This document shows, piece by piece, positions 60,008-64,000 of a stretch of 64,000 nt of DNA. This DNA comes from Candidatus Cloacimonadales bacterium. Lineage in GTDB: Bacteria > Cloacimonadota > Cloacimonadia > Cloacimonadales > JAFGVF01. Both the position numbers and the translations under genes were made by a program. The stretch covers positions 608,001 through 672,000 of the forward strand of contig OY762964.1 of NCBI GenBank assembly GCA_963667035.1, read 5' to 3'. Under the pieces are notes generated by a model. The model was not told the origin of the DNA and did no database searches. It worked only from the letters and a program-made list of their open reading frames with translations. How positions within the stretch are numbered: position 1 is the first letter of the stretch; every line of letters begins with the position of its first letter.

Positions 60008-62428
60008 ATGAACAGGCTATTTTTGTTAATGATACTATGTATAAGTATTACTTCAGTTCATTCAATAGTAAGAGAAGTATCTGTTGACGGAACTCAACAA
60101 TATACTTCCATCCCATTGGCAATATCCGAATCAGTAGATGGCGATACAGTTCTCGTTCATCCGGGAAGATATACGCAACATATTGATGTTATGGAGAGGG
60201 AGATAACTCTTCTTAGCATGTATTATTATTCTCAGAATAGGGACGATATTCACAATACAATCATAGATGCTAATTTTGAATCCAATTGTCTCAGAGTAGA
60301 GAATCAAGGTATTGCTACTGTAAATGGTTTTACTTTCACAAATGGAGTAGGTTTTCGTCGTTCAACTAATAATTCATTAGGAGGTGGAATTTCATTAAAT
60401 GATGACAGTGAGTTAAACTTATTCAATAGTATTGTTATAAACAATGAGGCGGATACCGGAGGTGGAATTCTCAGTGATAGCTATAGCACACTTAGATTGT
60501 ATGGGAATGTTATCAAGGATAACCGAACAAGAAATCAAGCCGGTGGAGTAAGTTCTTATCTTTCAACTATATACTTTGATCAAAGTAACTTAAATAGTAT
60601 ATATGATAATATTGGGCAAATCCATGATATTTTTCTTTATACTTCAACTTGTGAACAAGTCTTATTAGATACACTCAGCGTTGATTTATCAGAGTGTGAC
60701 GGTTGTTTTGTATCTTATTATTCTGCTAACGAGGAGCTCTATCCAGAGCCTTCAATCAGTAATATACATAGTGTGTTAGAACAAGTTGATTCCGATATAT
60801 ATGTGTCTCCTTGGGGAGATGACTCTAATAGTGGTCTAACCCCCGAAACTCCTATGAAGACAATTGCATACGCAACAAGAAGAATACAACCTAACATCAC
60901 TAATCCTAACACGGTATATCTTCTTCCCGGTACTTATAGCACTGAAACAAACAATCAGTTCTTTCCGGTGGCCTTACAATCAAACACAAATCTACTCGGA
61001 TTGGGAGATTCACCGGATGAAATCAATATCGGGGAAGAATGGGGTTACAACACTATTTCAGTTAATAATGCTAGCAATATTGAGATAGGTAATTTTACTA
61101 TGAGAAAAAACAATCAGTATGACCATTATGTTTTACCAATTGGGTTTAGTCAGAATATAAACATTCATGATATAAATTTTGTTGAGTCAAGGACAAATTT
61201 TCCTGGATTATTAATAATACTATCAAATGGAATCAATGTCAGCAATTGCACTTTTTCAAACCTCACAAACACTGAATATATACAAAGTATATCCACTTAT
61301 ATAAGTGAAGTAACTCTTAACAATCTAATCTTTACCAATATTAGCAGTACAGCTTATTACGGTCTTGTATCGGTAATGGATTTTGATGACAGTATTGTTA
61401 ATGCAAACAATATTATCGTAACCGATTGCTATCAAGAAGAGTCTGGTGTTATGGTGCAATACTCAAATATCGAATGTGACTCTCCCGGTGGAGGATTAAA
61501 TCTCAATAACTTCCTGTTTTATAATAACACTTCTACTTGTAATAGACAACCATTAATAATAATAGTTAACTTTTATGAACCAAGTTTCATAAACAATGCA
61601 ACAATTGCTAACAATATAGCTCCTACGAATGTACTAAGATTCTTAGGTGATTACACAGTTAGAAACAGCATAATGTATAATCCTAGTGCTTCCGGTGAAA
61701 TACGTGTTTGGGATGGTTTTACCAGTGATGACGAATCTTTTTATTCAGATATTGATATTGATTATTGCTTAATCCGCAATGGCTTTGATGGAATTGGAGG
61801 AATCAATAATCCTCATAATGTATTAGATTGGGGAGAAAACAATTTAGATACAGATCCACTCTTCCGAGGTGATGTATATGGTGATTGTGACCTTGAAGAT
61901 ATCGAATGGGTGCAACTGACTCCTGATTCTCCATGTATAAATGCCGGAACTCCCGATACTTTAGGAATGGGATTACCTGCATTTGATGTAATAGGCAATC
62001 CACGAGTATGGGATGGAATCGTAGATATAGGAGCATTTGAATACAATCCCACCCCTAATGATGGACATGTTCTTCCAACTCCTCCATCCTCAATAACACT
62101 TACACACTATCCTAATCCGGTTAACATATCAAAGAACGGATGTGCTTTCATTGACTTTACACTTCCCAAGAGACCTGTAGAAAAACCTAAGTTAGAAATC
62201 TACAATATAAGAGGTCAAAAGGTTAGAGATATAACAATAACTCAAAGTCTATCAGAACTTGTGCGTGCAACAGGCTTATCTAAAGAAGAGAATCAATCAG
62301 GAGAGAAGTACTCATTAATATGGGATGGCAAAGACAATTCAAGAAAGAAAGTCTCTTCCGGAATATACTTCTATAAGATTAGCTCTGAAGGTAAAAGTGT
62401 TGTTAATAAGATGATGGTTGTTAAGTGA
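60008..62428 (+). CDS. Secreted beta-helix (DUF1565/choice-of-anchor-like) protein with FlgD-Ig/T9SS-type tail, tandem copy A
   Basis: DGDTVLVHPGRY, GGGI repeats, YVSPWGDDSNSGLTPETPMKTI, SPCINAG, DIGAFE, YPNP...SGIYFY...KMMVVK. Confidence 0.82.
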   Translation: MNRLFLLMILCISITSVHSIVREVSVDGTQQYTSIPLAISESVDGDTVLVHPGRYTQHIDVMEREITLLSMYYYSQNRDDIHNTIIDANFESNCLRVENQGIATVNGFTFTNGVGFRRSTNNSLGGGISLNDDSELNLFNSIVINNEADTGGGILSDSYSTLRLYGNVIKDNRTRNQAGGVSSYLSTIYFDQSNLNSIYDNIGQIHDIFLYTSTCEQVLLDTLSVDLSECDGCFVSYYSANEELYPEPSISNIHSVLEQVDSDIYVSPWGDDSNSGLTPETPMKTIAYATRRIQPNITNPNTVYLLPGTYSTETNNQFFPVALQSNTNLLGLGDSPDEINIGEEWGYNTISVNNASNIEIGNFTMRKNNQYDHYVLPIGFSQNINIHDINFVESRTNFPGLLIILSNGINVSNCTFSNLTNTEYIQSISTYISEVTLNNLIFTNISSTAYYGLVSVMDFDDSIVNANNIIVTDCYQEESGVMVQYSNIECDSPGGGLNLNNFLFYNNTSTCNRQPLIIIVNFYEPSFINNATIANNIAPTNVLRFLGDYTVRNSIMYNPSASGEIRVWDGFTSDDESFYSDIDIDYCLIRNGFDGIGGINNPHNVLDWGENNLDTDPLFRGDVYGDCDLEDIEWVQLTPDSPCINAGTPDTLGMGLPAFDVIGNPRVWDGIVDIGAFEYNPTPNDGHVLPTPPSSITLTHYPNPVNISKNGCAFIDFTLPKRPVEKPKLEIYNIRGQKVRDITITQSLSELVRATGLSKEENQSGEKYSLIWDGKDNSRKKVSSGIYFYKISSEGKSVVNKMMVVK

Positions 62429-62450
62429 TATCTGATAATAAGTAGGTTTT

Positions 62451-64000
62451 ATGAACAGGCTATTTTTGTTAATGATACTATGTATATGTATTACTTTAGT
62501 TCATTCAATAATAAGAGAAGTATCTGTTGACGGAACTCAACAATATACTTCCATCCCATTGGCAATATCCGAATCAGTAGATGGCGATACAGTTCTCGTT
62601 CATCCTGGAAGATATACGCAACATATTGATGTTATGGAGAGGGAGATAACTCTTCTTAGCATGTATTATTATTCTCAGAATAGGGACGATATTCACAATA
62701 CAATCATAGATGCTAATTTTGAATCCAATTGTCTCAGAGTAGAGAATCAAGGTATTGCTACTGTAAATGGTTTTACTTTCACAAATGGAGTAGGATTTCG
62801 TCGTTCAACAGATAAATCATTCGGAGGTGGAATTTTATTAAATGATGACAGTGAGCTAAACTTATTCAACAGTATTGTTATAAACAATGAGTCAGATACC
62901 GGAGGTGGAATTCTCAGTGATGGCCATAGCACACTTAGATTGTATGGTAATGTTATCAAGAACAACCGAACAAGAAATCAAGCCGGTGGAGTAAGTTCTT
63001 ATATTTCAAATATATACTTTGATCAAAATAACTTAAATAGTATATATGATAATATTGGACAAGTACATGATATTTTTCTTTATACTTCAACTTGTGAACA
63101 AGTCTTATTAGATACACTCAGCGTTGATTTATCAGAGTGTGACGGTTGTTTTGTATCTTACTATTCTGCTAACGAGGAGCTCTATCCTGAGCCTTCAATC
63201 AGTAATATACATAGTGTGTTAGAACAGGTTGATTCCGATATATATGTGTCTCCTTGGGGAGATGACTCTAATAGCGGTTTAACACCCGAAACTCCTATGA
63301 AGACAATTGCATATGCAACAAGAAGAATACAATCTAACATCACTAATCCTAACACGGTATATCTTCTTCCCGGTACTTATAGTATTGAAACAAACAATCA
63401 GTTCTTTCCGGTAGCCTTACAATCAAACACAAACCTACTCGGATTGGGGAATTCATCGGATGAAGTCAATATCGGAGAAGAATGGGGATGTAACACTATT
63501 ATAATAAGTTATGCAAACAATACTGAGATAGGATACTTCACTATGAGAAAGAGTAACTTACATGGTCATGATGTTTTGTCAATTGGGTTTAGTCAGAATA
63601 TAAACATTCATGATATAAATTTTGTTGAGTCAATAACTACTCATCCAGGCATTGGAATTAGTCATTCATATTCAATTAATGTTAGCAACTGCACTTTTTC
63701 AAACCTCACAAACACTGAATACTTACAAAGTCTATTCACTTATATAAGTGAAGTAACCCTTAACAATCTAATCTTTACCAATATTAGCAGTACAGCTTAT
63801 TACGGTCTTGTATCGGTAATGGATTTTGATGACAGTATTGTTAATGCAAACAATATTATCGTAACCGATTGCTATCAAGAAGAGTCTGGTGTTATGATGC
63901 AATACTCAAATATCGAATGTGACTCTCCCGGTGGAGGATTAAATCTCAATAACTTCCTGTTTTATAATAACACTTCTACTTGCAATAGACAACCATTAAT
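62451..64000 (+). CDS. Tandem copy B of the 60008-62428 gene (runs off the window end)
   Basis: Near-identical to copy A at a constant 2443-bp offset, including the upstream CTGATAATAAGTAGGTTTT; no indel seen. Confidence 0.85.
   Translation, partial: MNRLFLLMILCICITLVHSIIREVSVDGTQQYTSIPLAISESVDGDTVLVHPGRYTQHIDVMEREITLLSMYYYSQNRDDIHNTIIDANFESNCLRVENQGIATVNGFTFTNGVGFRRSTDKSFGGGILLNDDSELNLFNSIVINNESDTGGGILSDGHSTLRLYGNVIKNNRTRNQAGGVSSYISNIYFDQNNLNSIYDNIGQVHDIFLYTSTCEQVLLDTLSVDLSECDGCFVSYYSANEELYPEPSISNIHSVLEQVDSDIYVSPWGDDSNSGLTPETPMKTIAYATRRIQSNITNPNTVYLLPGTYSIETNNQFFPVALQSNTNLLGLGNSSDEVNIGEEWGCNTIIISYANNTEIGYFTMRKSNLHGHDVLSIGFSQNINIHDINFVESITTHPGIGISHSYSINVSNCTFSNLTNTEYLQSLFTYISEVTLNNLIFTNISSTAYYGLVSVMDFDDSIVNANNIIVTDCYQEESGVMMQYSNIECDSPGGGLNLNNFLFYNNTSTCNRQPL

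Noticed and set aside
61040..61240. Diversity-generating retroelement VR/TR pair between the tandem genes
   Set aside because: Differences involve all four bases in both copies rather than adenine only, and no reverse transcriptase is in the window.
1..64000. rRNA or tRNA genes
   Set aside because: No cloverleaf/T-loop patterns or rRNA-like GC-rich blocks seen in the intergenic regions.

Overview
Low-GC (roughly one-third G+C) chromosomal window from a diderm anaerobe. The lineage is most likely Candidatus Cloacimonadota; this is an inference from several large secreted proteins ending in an 'N(Y/F)PNPFNP...YNIKG...SGVYF...LLK' FlgD-Ig/T9SS-like tail and from amino-acid fermentation genes. 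Housekeeping genes include rlmD, aroA, purC, cdd, hslO, a thiolase and an aminotransferase. Other content: an AcrR-regulated RND efflux operon with a QueD-like gene inside it; an arcE-like/arcC pair; a two-component cluster whose kinase has Tyr in place of the phospho-His; an intact IS1182 that duplicated a 24-bp terminator hairpin; an Rrf2-hcp cluster with uncharacterised ATPase/GTPase/SBP-like genes; a RAPP-leader/His-rich lipoprotein/frameshifted TonB receptor locus; an orphan 4-repeat CRISPR array beside a GC-richer, highly self-complementary ~500-bp segment containing paired DnaA boxes; and tandem near-identical secreted beta-helix genes with mosaic variable patches. The most unusual signal is a dispersed ~130-190 bp non-coding element present in 3 copies. 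It is built from CACTG/CAGTG (often CACWGTG) motifs phased at exactly 11 bp in two inverted arms. All calls come from reading the sequence and the ORF track only; no database searches were run.
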